The notes under the pieces are model-generated. The model saw nothing but the letters and a program-made list of their open reading frames with translations. It was not told where the DNA came from and searched no databases. 64,000 nt of DNA, taken from the NCBI RefSeq assembly GCF_016432865.1, contig NC_067403.1, positions 245,396,001 through 245,460,000 of the forward strand. Reading direction: 5' to 3'. Positions 38,890-50,623 of the stretch are shown here, piece after piece (positions within the stretch are counted from its first letter, which is position 1; each line of letters begins with the position of its first letter). Source of the stretch: Antechinus flavipes. Lineage: Eukaryota. The position numbers and the translations under genes were made by a program.

Positions 38890-39060
38890 CAGTGCTTTTG
38901 TTGGCATTCAGTCATTTTAGTCGGTTTGACTCTTCTTGATATCGTTTAGGATTTTCTCAACAAAGATCTTGGAATGGATTGTCATTTCCTTCTCCAGCTC
39001 ATATTAGAAATGAGGAAACTGATGTAAAAAAAGTTGTGACTTTCCAGTCTTGGCACACTA
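38890..39060 (-). mobile_element. MAR1-like SINE
   Basis: ttcagtcattttagtcggtttgactctt...gtcatttccttctccagctcat...gaggaaactga. Confidence 0.7.
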
Positions 39061-39244
39061 TACATCACCCTACCTCTTACAGAGCAGCGACTATCTTTGC
39101 ATCTTTTTGTATCCCCAACAGTCAACATATAGTACCTGGAACATCATAGGCACTTAATATTCTTTATTCCCATAGTAAATTTGAACAATTGGATTCTTTC
39201 TTCTTTGCTGGTTCATTTATGTATAATTATTATTATTATTCTGA

Positions 39245-39716
39245 GTACCTCAAACCCTAAGGTGGGAAATGGTGCCTCTGGCTTCCCTTTAACACCCCCC
39301 CCCCTTCTGCAAGTGCCCACAGCCAGCAGCTTCCCTGCCCCAGCGCTTCTGCATTCCCAGTGTGCCGATACCTACTCTTCCAGGATAGTATCTACAGCAC
39401 AGCTGGGCCCGGTTTCCTTATCAACAGAGATTCCCTCATGTTGTCCATGTTATCCAGGAAGAAAAAGTTTTTGTGGCTCTGGCTGAGGCTCCAGTAAAAC
39501 CCAGCCAGGTTCCCTTCTTGTTGACTATGCAGAGCTAGCCTGGACCCCCATTAATCTGGCTCATCAGTGTCTCTCAGACTGTTCCAGTAGGACCTCTGTT
39601 CTGTGGCAGGTATTGTTTCTTTGTTACCCATCTGTGTTTGCCCTAAGGCACAATTTTGTGCTGTCTGTGGGGGACATCTGGAGAGCTCATAATTTTCTTT
39701 TCTTCCAACATCTTTA
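39245..39716 (-). mobile_element. Isolated L1 5'UTR-like fragment
   Basis: Minus strand begins aagatgttggaagaaaag...gagctctcc (L1 aagatggcgga-type start), GC-richer than its flanks, with no ORF1 following. Confidence 0.55.
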
Positions 39717-39725
39717 TAGAATCTT

Positions 39726-39882
39726 TTTTTTTTTTCCCCTGAAGCAACTGGGGTGAAGTGACTTGCCCAGGGTCACACAGCTAGGAAATGTTAAGTGTCT
39801 GAGCCCAGCAGATTCGATTCAAACTCAGGTCCTCCTGACTTCAGGGCTGGTGCTCTATCCATTGTGCCACATAGCTGCTTCC
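39726..39882 (-). mobile_element. WSINE1-type young tRNA-derived SINE
   Basis: Minus strand ggaagcagctatgtggcacaatggatagagcaccagccctgaagtcaggaggacctgagtttgaa...ctagctgtgtgaccctgggcaagtcac...polyA; perfect 8-bp TSD agaatctt (39718-39725 and 39883-39890). Confidence 0.9.
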
Positions 39883-40201
39883 AGAATCTTGTATTGATGT
39901 AATATTACTGCTTCCTAGCCCTTCAGTTTCAGGTTACTGCATACATATTGAACATTTTAAAACACATATGAATTCATTCTTTTTGAAGTACAGTGCCTGA
40001 AATTTATTTCTTAGTGTCTTCACAAGCCAAATGAATATAATACATTCATCCTATATAATACAAATATTTAAGGCCCGATATACACTGCTTTATTTATATC
40101 CTGATATCTATTTTCAAAATTCCCTCCATAAAATATGTCCCTTCTTTAATATCTACCTTATCTTTACAGCACAGGTTAGTCGCTGGAGTCAAGAGAAGAA
40201 C

Positions 40202-41137
40202 ATGGCAGGGGGAAATCTCACCACAATGGCCTCTTTCACTCTATCAGGGTTTGCAAATCATCCTGAACTACAAGTTGTTCTCTTCTTAATATTTCTCTTT
40301 ATTTATTTTTTCACTGTTATGGGTAATCTTGGACTAATTATTTTAATTAAAATCGACTCTCAACTTCATACCCCTATGTACCTTTTCCTTAGCAACTTAG
40401 CCTTCATTGACATTTCATATTCTTCAACAATCACACCTAAAGCCCTGGATGATTTCCAATCAAAGCAGAAAAACATATCTTTTGTGGGATGTTTTGTTCA
40501 AATGTATTTCTTTGTTGGTTTGGTATGTAGTGAATGTTTTCTCCTGGGATCAATGGCATATGACCGTTATGTTGCAATATGTAACCCTCTGCTTTATTCA
40601 GTTGCCATGTCCCAGAAAGTCTGTATCTGGCTGAGTGTAATGCCATATGTAGTTGGTTTCAATAATTCTTTGATAACTGTTTGTGTCATAAGCAGCTTGT
40701 CATTTTGCAACTCTACTATTGACCATTTCTTCTGCGACACGACAGCCTTGTTGGCCATATCCTGCCATGACAGTTTCAATACAGAAATGGTGATATTTCT
40801 GCTAGCAGGATTTACTCTGCTCAGCTCCCTTGGTATTATCACAGTCTCTTATGTTGCCATCATCTCTGCCATTCTGAAGATCCGTTCCACAGAAGGTCAG
40901 CGCAAAGCTTTTTCCACCTGTGCCTCTCACCTTTTGGGAGTGACTATATTTTATGGCTCTCTCATTTTTACATATTTGCAGCCAGATAATACATCATTCT
41001 TGACTGAAGCCCAAATAGCATCTGTGTTCTATACAATTGTCATCCCCATGCTTAATCCTCTCATTTATAGTCTGAGGAACAAGGATGTGAAGAATGCCTT
41101 GATGAGAGTCATACACAAGAAAATGTTTCCCCATTGA
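40202..41137 (+). CDS. OR8I2: Olfactory receptor 8I2-like (311 aa from MAGGNLT, intact)
   Basis: SGFANHPELQV, ISFVGCFVQMYFFVGLVC, FCDTTALLA, AGFTLLSSL, YLQPDNTS and VKNALMRVIH are diagnostic of OR8I2 as I recall it. The ORF-track extension from 40031 is upstream of the acceptor at 40168-40174. Confidence 0.95.
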   Translation: MAGGNLTTMASFTLSGFANHPELQVVLFLIFLFIYFFTVMGNLGLIILIKIDSQLHTPMYLFLSNLAFIDISYSSTITPKALDDFQSKQKNISFVGCFVQMYFFVGLVCSECFLLGSMAYDRYVAICNPLLYSVAMSQKVCIWLSVMPYVVGFNNSLITVCVISSLSFCNSTIDHFFCDTTALLAISCHDSFNTEMVIFLLAGFTLLSSLGIITVSYVAIISAILKIRSTEGQRKAFSTCASHLLGVTIFYGSLIFTYLQPDNTSFLTEAQIASVFYTIVIPMLNPLIYSLRNKDVKNALMRVIHKKMFPH

Positions 41138-41829
41138 TTGGAAATAAATGGTACGCAAGTAACAGTGCATTACCATCAAAAAGAATTTAAATATAAAGCT
41201 CATGAAATCTGACTTTTAAATTCACTTTTCATTATAACTGAGAACTCTCATCCAGGATGTCAATGATTTCTTTATTGCCAAAGACAGTGCCTCAGTCTTT
41301 ATCATCCTTTTTTCTTTGTCTAGCAATTGATAATCTTAGCTCTCCCAAAAGTTAGATGTGTCACTGTATCTTATTAGGTATATCTTCACTATTTGCTCGG
41401 TTATGACCATGTTTTATCACTGTAGTAGAATGTAAGATCCTTGAGATCAAAATCAATCATAATTTTGTATTTATAGCACAAATAGTTAACATAGGATATG
41501 GCATATAATAGTAATTTAATAAACATTTGTTTCTTGAACATTTGAGAATTACTTCCTTGTGGATATTTTCAATATATACAACTTACTCAATATTGCCCTC
41601 TCTTATTTTTTCCTTACCAACTCCACCTATCCCTTCACATCTCTAGTTTCCCCATCATTGTTTTGCTATATAAATAGTTGGCATAAGAAATCCAAGAAGT
41701 CTGTGGGAGTTCTGCAGAAGCAGCAGATAGCATGAAAAAGCCAGATGACACAGAAAAAGTTGAAATTGAAAAAACAAAACAAAAAAAAAAAAAAAAAAAA
41801 AAAGAAAACTATTGTGTAGTTCAGTTTGG

Positions 41830-42165
41830 AGCTATGTTCATTTGACTAGAAACTGTACATACCCTATGACTCAACAATAATGCTACTAGGTCTACAGACA
41901 ATAGCTCTTCACAACAATGTCAAAAAATCAGGAATTGAAGAGGTGCCCATTAATTATGGAATAGCTGATAAATTATGGTGTATAAATGTGAGAGAATATT
42001 ATTGTGTTCTAAGAAATAAAAAAAAGGAATGTTTTAGAAATACCTGGAAAGACTCATTTGAACTAATGCAAACTAAAGTCAGCAAAACCAGGAAAATAAA
42101 TGTATAAGGTGAGAGCAACATGATAACAATAATCAGCTATGAAAGACAATAACTTTGAATAATAT
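41830..42165 (+). mobile_element. Old L1 3' fragment (continues or is duplicated at about 44100-44490)
   Basis: aaactgtacataccctatgactcaacaat...gaactaatgcaaactaaagtcagcaaaaccagg; the downstream piece has catgatccaagatgattccagaagactcatgatg and a 3'UTR/A-tail near 44465. Confidence 0.75.
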
Positions 42166-43355
42166 TGTTGAGATTGGTAAGGGATCCCAAAAATTTGATG
42201 ATTGCAGACCTTGTTGTGAGGTGTCTCCTATAATTATTTGTAAGGATGGCCCATAGTTATAGGTACAGGTACATTGAGCTCTCGACCTACCTGCATAGCT
42301 AATATAGGTTGCTGAGGTGAAGCTATTATGGGTTACAGTGACAGTTACTGTACCTGTGATATAGGTGTTGAGATAGTAGGTAAGAGATCTTTTCCAGAAA
42401 AAATAGGAGATAATCAGGTTAAAGTTATTCCCCTGGGGGGGGGGGGGGTAACTAGTACAAATGGGATGGCATCTAGAGTGGAGATGATGACATTTGGGTA
42501 TGGGGCCTTTGGAAATAATGCATCGAGTCACATATATGGAGTACCCTGAGGATGCTGATGGCACACCCAACAATCCTGAATGCCCCTACTGCCCACAGAG
42601 TTCCCTAGCCTAAGGAATTATTTCCCCACTGGCAGAGGACACAGAATGACACCAAAAAAGCTGGAGAGAAAATACTAGGAGCAAAGCTCTCATCTTTGAA
42701 GTGTTGTTAAAGATACACCTGATAAAAGTGGAAAATTATGAGAAAGAAAGAAAACTAGAGTGAGAGAGAGAAGGACAGAGACAATGTCACTCTTCTCTAT
42801 CCAGTATGTTTCTAGGAGTCTTGCAAAAGAATAGTTTTAAGTCCTCTACGGGTTCACAGGAATATTCAGGAATGTCAAATATAGAGGCTGACTGGCTTTC
42901 TCACCCTACCCTGAATGCTGGGTAGTGCTAGAGGTATCCAAATTCTACCCAGGCAGTTCCTGAACAGAACCTGCTGAAAGCTGGTGTGACTGGTGCCAGA
43001 AGCTCCTTTTGATTGTAGTTTTGGGTGCCAGGGCTCAGGGAATGCTAAGCATGTTACCTGAACCTCACTCCATCTGCATTCTTCCAAGCTGGGTTGGGGA
43101 GGTGTTTGGGCAAGGTTGTGTGGGATCTCCAGGGCTGTTTTCTCTAATTCTACAGGTGAAGCAGAATTTGAGTTTCCCTACAGTTCTGAAATGAGAAGAA
43201 TTAGCAAACAGAGGGACTTCGGCTATATTGATCTTGTTAGTAATCCCCACAACTGAGATACACTCAGGATTGCTACAGGGAGTGGAGTAGACAGGGTCGG
43301 TCCTTCAGTACCTTCTGGAGTGCTTTTCCAAAAAAGCAGAAGGGGATTCTCAACA
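42166..43355 (+). mobile_element. About 1.2-kb ERV/LTR-like insertion
   Basis: 8-bp terminal inverted repeat TGTTGAGA...TCTCAACA, GC-richer than flanks, interrupts an L1; the 3' end shares cagaaggggattctc with the LTR at 54076-54575. Confidence 0.6.
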
Positions 43356-43800
43356 TGATAACATGATAAGACTCAAAGAAGGGTTAGCAAATAGTTACTA
43401 TTTAACTAGATTTTTTGTTTCTTTGGTTTTTTTTTGTTTGTTTGTTTGTTTTTGTTTTGTTTTGTTTGTTTTGTTTTTTTTTTTCCTTCAGAATGGAATA
43501 AATTCCTGGAATTGTCCTCAGTGTTTCAGGAATTTGTCTTGCCATCTTAAAGTGAGTAATTGCCAAATTTCATATTTATTGCTCCCCAAACTATAATAAT
43601 CTGCTAAAATCTTATTTTGATTTTAATTAGCTAACTTTTTGTGGGCTAAATCCCAGAATTTAGTAAAGCACCTGAAGCAAGGAGACTCATTTATCTAATT
43701 CTTCATATTATTGATATGCTAATTTTATGGCCTAGAGGCAGAACTAAAGAGTGATCTCAGGAATTTGGTTATCACTGCCCAGAAAATTTAGGATTATCCT

Positions 43801-44046
43801 AAAGCCAGAAGAATTTAGAATCATTGACAGATTGTTAGAACAATAACATCTCAAGGTTAGAGAGTGTCAGGATCACTAATATATATCTTCCCTAAAGTCT
43901 AAGGGAAGAAATGTTATATTCCTAGGCCAGAAGACTTTTACAATCATTGACAAGTTTCCGGAACAATAGTATGCCAAAGTTGGGGGATGAGGTAGGTGAC
44001 TTCGGGATTACAGATTCCAAAGCCAGAAGATTTAGAATCACTGACA
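43801..44046 (+). repeat. Degenerate tandem repeat, 3 units of about 96-122 bp
   Basis: Core gccagaaga..tt(t)a(g/c)aatca(t/c)tgaca at 43804, 43926 and 44022. Confidence 0.75.
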
Positions 44047-44933
44047 TTGAAACAGCAGCACCCTAAGGCCAGGGGACCTTAAAATTATTGCTGTTTCCCC
44101 TAGAAGCTATATTCCATCAATACCATGATCCAAGATGATTCCAGAAGACTCATGATGAAATAAAATATATCTTAATCCAGACAGAAAACTTGGAATAGAA
44201 AATAAAGGATTTATTTTTTTTCCCCTAACTTTCTTGCTTTAGGGAGGAAGGTTACTAATATAGATATATTTTGTATAACTTTATATATAATGTAACTTTA
44301 TGTGTATATATATATGTGTATATATATAATATTATATATGTATATGTAACTTTTATATGTATATATATATATACACATATATATATATATAATCTGCATC
44401 ATATTTCTTACATATCTCAGGGAGTATGGAAAAAAATATAGGGAGGAAGAAAATTTGAAACTGGAAATAAAAAAAAAAAGTAAAAACTTCTAAATTTGTG
44501 ATCTGAGACTGTGATGCCATATAGAAGAAACCAAGCTTTGTGATTCCATTTTCCCTAACCTAGATTATTTTCCAGTCTGAACAAAGTGTTTAATCATAAT
44601 ATGGCATGCCAGAATAATTAATTCAGTTCAAATCAATAAGAATTTATTGGATTTCAACTATGTATAAATTTGTTTAGGAAAATCTAAAGAATGTGTGTGA
44701 AATGCTGCTTCAGAGATTTGATATGTGAGAGAGAAAAGATGTATACATAAGCAACCATGGTAGAAAAAATATGAAGTCAAAAAATAATTTAATTTTAGGA
44801 GTATAAATGATTTCTAGGGTGAGCTATTATTGAGAGAGGAGATGGCAAAGTTTATAAATAAATTTGTCTCTATTCTCAGCAAAATAGTCATTAATAGCCA
44901 TTTAAAATCAAGTGCCATGCACTTTGCTTAAAA

Positions 44934-45329
44934 TGTTGAATGAAATAAATGAATATTTTTCAAAAATAGGATATACTTTAGGCCTGAGTCTCAGGAACTC
45001 CTAGAGGACTCGAGGGCAGAAAGGTCAAATCCTAGACCTGAGACTCAGGGAGTCATGTGACCCAGATGTTTCTGACCATTGGTAAATAGTTGCTTCCTTT
45101 CCAATTCATTCAATTAATTTAAAAACCAACAGGAAGGGGGACTGTACTTTCATCTTGGTGCTATATAGGTACACTTCTGCCTTCAAAACACGCCTACTCT
45201 ATTCTGAACTGTTTAGATAGTATGTTGGCCTCCTTCTTACAAGAGCTGAATTAAAACTTTCTATTGTACCTAGAGAAACTTCTGAGTAGTCAAATTGGGT
45301 GGGAGGGATTTAATCCTCTATCCTATACA
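44934..45329 (+). mobile_element. Solo LTR candidate
   Basis: TG...CA ends, TATA gctatatagg near 45161, attaaa near 45251, U5-like end cctataCA. Confidence 0.55.
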
Positions 45330-46579
45330 ATATCCAAACATATTAAACATGCATTTATAATTTTAATCTCAGTTTTCATAAAAATAGCAATTGTACTTTT
45401 TCTGATTACTTCTATTTTCAGTTTTTTTTTCCCAATTTATTTCTAGATTTGTATAGAATTTGCCTAGATTTGTACTAAATCAGATTTGGTGTGCATACTC
45501 ATTTTCTATTTCTCTTTCTATTGATTTATAATATTTCATAAAAGCCTTTCAAAATGTCCCTATGTTAAATACATTCCTATACTTACTAGTTTTAATTACA
45601 TTGTGATATGCTATTAAATTTACATGTTATCATGTTATCATCTGTGGATGCAGTCAGTAACTACCACACATTTGCAACATTCCCAGTTTTCAGTTATGAT
45701 TAATGTTCATATAAATATGATTCAGCCCACGACCCTTATCTTCTTTGTGATAAAGTTCATGGTGTTTACTTATGGTGACCAGATTATTTATTCAAAGAAT
45801 GTGATTGTAAATTCTTGCTATATATTTCCAGATAACCTCCAAAAAAGACTTTTTAAAAAATTTCTCATTCCACCAGCATTAAGCTATGTAATTCCATTAC
45901 TATTTTCAGTTTGATGAGAGTAGAGTAGTTATTTCAGCAGAGCTACAATTTTAAATTCCCTTAATCTTTAGTATAATTAAAAATAAGTACATTAGATTTC
46001 AAAATATTGATAGGAAAATGTGTATAATAGAGTTTATGAAAATGCCTACACACACACATACACCATTGGGATCATATCACTTAATTTATTGATGATTTGT
46101 AATACATCATCAATGTCAGAAGTGATCAAATTTAATTTTAGCCCAAGAAAGGTTCTGTCTCTTCCAGTAGCACTAAAGAAATTCACTCTTCCCTCTTCAG
46201 TTGTATTCATAAAGACCTCTATCCTTAGGTTAGGTAATATCTGAACTTCAATTTGTGACCTACCTTGATAATAAGTTGATTATTTATAGAAAAAAATATT
46301 CTGTAAAGTTCCTAAAACAAGAGTTTGACCAGGAACAGAAAAAAAAAATCATTAAACTGCAGAACTGCTATTAAGAAAGGCCTTGGAATATTTTAATACT
46401 TATGCAAAGATCTTTTGTGGGTCAATGGCAAAATACAAATAACTACCAGAATTATCTTGCATAGATAAATTATTGCAAGTTAAATAGACATAAAGATCAG
46501 ATTAAATAAAAATGAGATAAATCATGAGTTTATTTTTCTTGATTATTTTTAATTATTTTATCCAGTTTATCTTTTTTTA

Positions 46580-47548
46580 TCATTTCCATCTAATATTTAC
46601 TTCAGCATTTAAAAGATGATTAGTGAATTTGTTTTTCTCTAAAACTTTTTTAACTGCCTCTTTCACATCCTTATTCCTCAAACTATAGATTATAGGATTC
46701 AACATAGGTATCACAATAGTATAAAAAACAGATAGCACCATGTCATAGTCCAAAGAGTAGCTGGAAGAGGGTCTCAGGTACATGAAGAGGATTGTCCCAT
46801 GGTAGATAGAAACACCTGTCAGGTGAGAACCACAAGTAGAAAAGACTTTCCTTCTCCCTTCAGCTGAGTGGATCCTCATAATGGCAGCCAAGATGAAACC
46901 ATAGGAAACCAGGACAATCAGAATGGTGAAGATTTCAATTGAACTCACAAAGATGAAAAGCAGCAGTTCATTGACATGAGTGTCAGAACAGGAAATGGCC
47001 AAGAGGGGAGGGATGTCACAAAAGATATGTTTAATTACATTGGATGCACAAAAGGATAAACTAAATGTAGCCACAGTGTGTAAAATGGCATGTGACACAC
47101 CCCCTACATATGAGCCAATGATAAGAGGCACATAGACTCGAGGAGTCATGATGGCTGTATAGAGCAGAGGGTTACAGATGGCAATGTAGCGATCATATGC
47201 CATGACAGCCAAGAGGAAACACTCAGTAGTCCCAAAACTTACAGAGATAAGCATCTGAGCTACACAACCTGAAAAGGAAATGGTTTTATCCTTTACTAAG
47301 AAATTGACTAACATCTTAGGTGTGATTACTGAGGAATAGCAAGCATCCAAGAAAGATAAGACACTCAAGAAATGATACATAGGGGTATGGAGGCGGGAAT
47401 CCATCATAACTAACACCACCAATCCCAGATTTCCCACAAGTGTAAAGAGATAGACTACAAAGAACACCAAAAAAAGGATGATTTGTACTTCCAGATGATC
47501 TGTAAACCCCATCAAAATAAATATGGTCACTTCTGTGTGATTAGACAT
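46580..47548 (-). CDS. Olfactory receptor, OR5T subfamily (322 aa, intact)
   Basis: NHT sequon, [78 protein letters not shown] and [15 protein letters not shown] match OR5T1/2/3 as I recall them; I cannot choose among them. Minus-strand acceptor ttttgttctcAG at 47577-47578. Confidence 0.93.
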   Translation of the reverse strand: MSNHTEVTIFILMGFTDHLEVQIILFLVFFVVYLFTLVGNLGLVVLVMMDSRLHTPMYHFLSVLSFLDACYSSVITPKMLVNFLVKDKTISFSGCVAQMLISVSFGTTECFLLAVMAYDRYIAICNPLLYTAIMTPRVYVPLIIGSYVGGVSHAILHTVATFSLSFCASNVIKHIFCDIPPLLAISCSDTHVNELLLFIFVSSIEIFTILIVLVSYGFILAAIMRIHSAEGRRKVFSTCGSHLTGVSIYHGTILFMYLRPSSSYSLDYDMVLSVFYTIVIPMLNPIIYSLRNKDVKEAVKKVLEKNKFTNHLLNAEVNIRWK

Positions 47549-50500
47549 GATTCCTTTTTTTCACATTTATCTACCCCTGAGAACAAAAGAGAGTTGTAGA
47601 TAGATATTATTTAATACAGTTCAATATAGATTTTTGAACACCTAATATGTACAATGCTAAATGCTTGTCAACATTTGACATGTTTGGATCTTATAGCATT
47701 AGTTGTATTACTATTTAGTTGTCTTGATGCTCCATACTACCCTAGGCATTAATCCATACAAGAAATGATGAGGGAAAGAAGTATGCTATTGGTACTCTAC
47801 TTAGAAGCAGATGAGTCTATTGAAAGGGAAAAGAATCATTTAAACTGAAAACTGATTGAGAGTTGTTATTTTCCCCCCTATTTTGGTCAGCATTTATGTA
47901 TTTCAGAACATTGTTCACTATTAAAGGAAAATATTATAAATATAGCACAGATTTAGGGAATAAGTTAATTGCATTTGTTTTGTTTACAAGTCCAACTGAG
48001 TGCTTTGATAATGATGACATATCTAGATGATGGAGAAGCTTGGAATGGATAAGAGAGACAAAGTATTGTCTTGGTCAATAGAAAAATATCATGGTCATCT
48101 TGCTTGTCTTAAATACCCCCAACCATGACTTAATCTAATCGGTTTGCAAAGGAAACTTGAGAACCATCCAGTTCAATTATCTCATTTTACAAAGAAGGAA
48201 ACTGAGACCAAGAAATCTCAAGTACTTGCCAATTTTTCATAAAGTATTCAATTATAAAGGTAATAAGAGAAAATTATTCTTGCTGCATATTTATGTTAAA
48301 TGATTAATTTCCAAAATGCCCTAATTTTTAACTTCTTTCCAAAATGTTCCTAACCTAGCTTTCTAGACATATTATATACTATATCCATATTCCAGAAAAA
48401 AATCAATTTACAATTAACTGAACTTACCTACTCTTTTTCTTTTGTTCCGTATTGTGGAACCATATTCTAAAAATATTTTATTTTCCTCAAGATTTAACTT
48501 ATACATCTTTTCCCTACTATAGAAGATTTTCAGTATATATTTAACGACTCAAGATTTTAAATAATCACGGACAATATCAGCACACCTTGGGTGGAGGCAA
48601 ACCAACCAGAAGGAAAAAAAAAAAAAAAGGTCATCTTTGAAGTCTTATTCTATCTAGAATGAAGGAACAAGGGGGTGGGAGAGGAAGAGGAGTGGAGAAA
48701 AGAGAAACTTAAATACAGACCCCCACTATAACTGAGGTAGATGACAGAAAAACTCCTATTTCAGGAAAAATTGGTAATATTTCCTGTTGCAGCCAGCTTT
48801 TAAGACCTTATGGCATATGAGCCCTTTGATCTCAGAGGCAAGATGAATGGGGTGGGAGATTCATTAGATATGAAAAGAGCTCCAGTTTATTATGCTGTAA
48901 AACCTTGTTGATATACATTTTTGCAAGCATGATCAGCATGTGGACAGTAGGCAATCACCAATTACCATTCAGAGAAGCTGCTTGTGGCCATTGTGTATGC
49001 CTGGTATCTGCCAATGGGAGGAGAGCCAGTCCAGCAATTCAGTAGCTTGCTCACGGGTGAGAGGCCCTGTTCAGGCAAGCCATAGTTCAGGCTATGGTTC
49101 ACATAGCCATTATCTGTGACCCTCAGCTTACATTCGTTCCCACGATCACAAATCAATGCTCCTTACTCAACAAGGTTGTTTCTGCAACATGGCAGAAAAC
49201 TTATTGTGCATCAAAGGTCAAGGTGGCCTTGGTACTCCCTCTCAACAAAATTCCATATTCTTGCAATTTCCAAAATAAAAATTGGTTTAAGAAATGCTGG
49301 AAATTATATGGAAGTTTAGAAGCTTAATGAGTTTTTGAAGTCTAGTTAAGCCCAAGAAGTTGATTATAGATATTTACTTAACAGAATGTTCATAAAGACA
49401 AAAATACTCCTTTGTTAATTCCATTTTATATCATACATCCTATATTTTTCTGATCCTCCTCCATTTCTAATTCTCTTTCCTTCTTAAAGTTACTGTTTTG
49501 GTTTTGGTTTTAATTTTATTTGTGTAGCATATCCCTCATAATAAAATGCAAGTTTGTTGAAAACTCAACTCCTCCTCCCCCCTTTGATTCCATTACTTAC
49601 CACAACACCATGAACAAAGGTTTCAACAAATTGGATTGCATCAGATTGCTTCAGGATTGCCTGTCATGTGAAGTTCATATGCTTTTGTGTTGAGGAGGTC
49701 TTTGGGAAACTGACATTCATGCCTTCATAGGTTCAGAAAATCACATATTTTGGATGTCCTCTGGTATAGCCACCTTAATGAGAGAATGAAAGATCACACA
49801 TTAAGTTAATGATTAGAGAAATTCTTCCAATTGTGTACTAGAATTTTCTAAGATATTTTTCAATATGACATTTTTTTCCCTGGATTTTCTCTAGAATAAA
49901 CATATGAGACCCTTGGAACCTGCAAGATTTTAGGTCCATTCCAGCCCTATCATTCTATGTTCTAAGTTTTAAAAACATTTAATCTCTGACATTCTAGGTT
50001 CTATTCTAAGGTCCATTCCAACTCTCATATTCTAGACCCATGACTTCTTCAAATTTCTTATCCTCTATTTGTCTGTAGAATACACAATACTATAATTTTA
50101 TTTCTTTTCTGTCAATATCAATCCTGATATAAATGTTTTTCTCCCTCAATTATTTTAGTTATCCTCACTTAATTTTTTAGTGTCATTATTTCTCCCATTG
50201 TCTTTTCTCTGCTCATTCCAAACTGTCAATCAGTGTTTGAAGAATAGTTTTTGGGATAGTGAAACTTGGGCAGGAAAGAAAGAATAGTAATATTAAGTTG
50301 ACCACTCACAAAGATGAACATGGCAGAGCTATTAACCAGTGGACCAAGAATAAGCAACAAATTGTCTAATGTCAAATGATCACAATTGACTTCTTGTACT
50401 GTTTTTAAGTTTTACAGACAGAAAGGGATATCAAACTCAACTGACTGAATCTGATCTTATGATCCATGAATTGCCTGAAATTGACTACATATTATTATTC

Positions 50501-50623
50501 TCAGCATCTAATTTTGTCAATATTCCAACTCTTCCCTCCAGAGATTCCCAGGCTTTCTCTAAGGACTTTTGTTTATCATTCAAAACACCTTACCTTGTGA
50601 AAGTATGAAAAAGAAATAAAAAC

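Noticed and set aside
39726-39882. tRNA gene
   Set aside because: A/B-box similarity is the head of a SINE with CORE, polyA and TSD. No true tRNA, rRNA or snRNA gene was recognised in the window.
40031-40201. 57-aa N-terminal extension of OR8I2 in the ORF track
   Set aside because: Crosses the branch/acceptor region; OR homology starts at MAGGNLT (40202).
42133-42573. 146-aa minus-strand ORF (and CFTC-containing ORF 43065-43250) as a novel or gag-like protein
   Set aside because: Inside an LTR-like repeat; no recognisable domain; the CX2CX4HX4C knuckle is incomplete.
43801-44046. CRISPR-like repeat-spacer array
   Set aside because: Mammalian genomic context, no cas genes, spacers too long and mutually similar; this is a degenerate tandem repeat.
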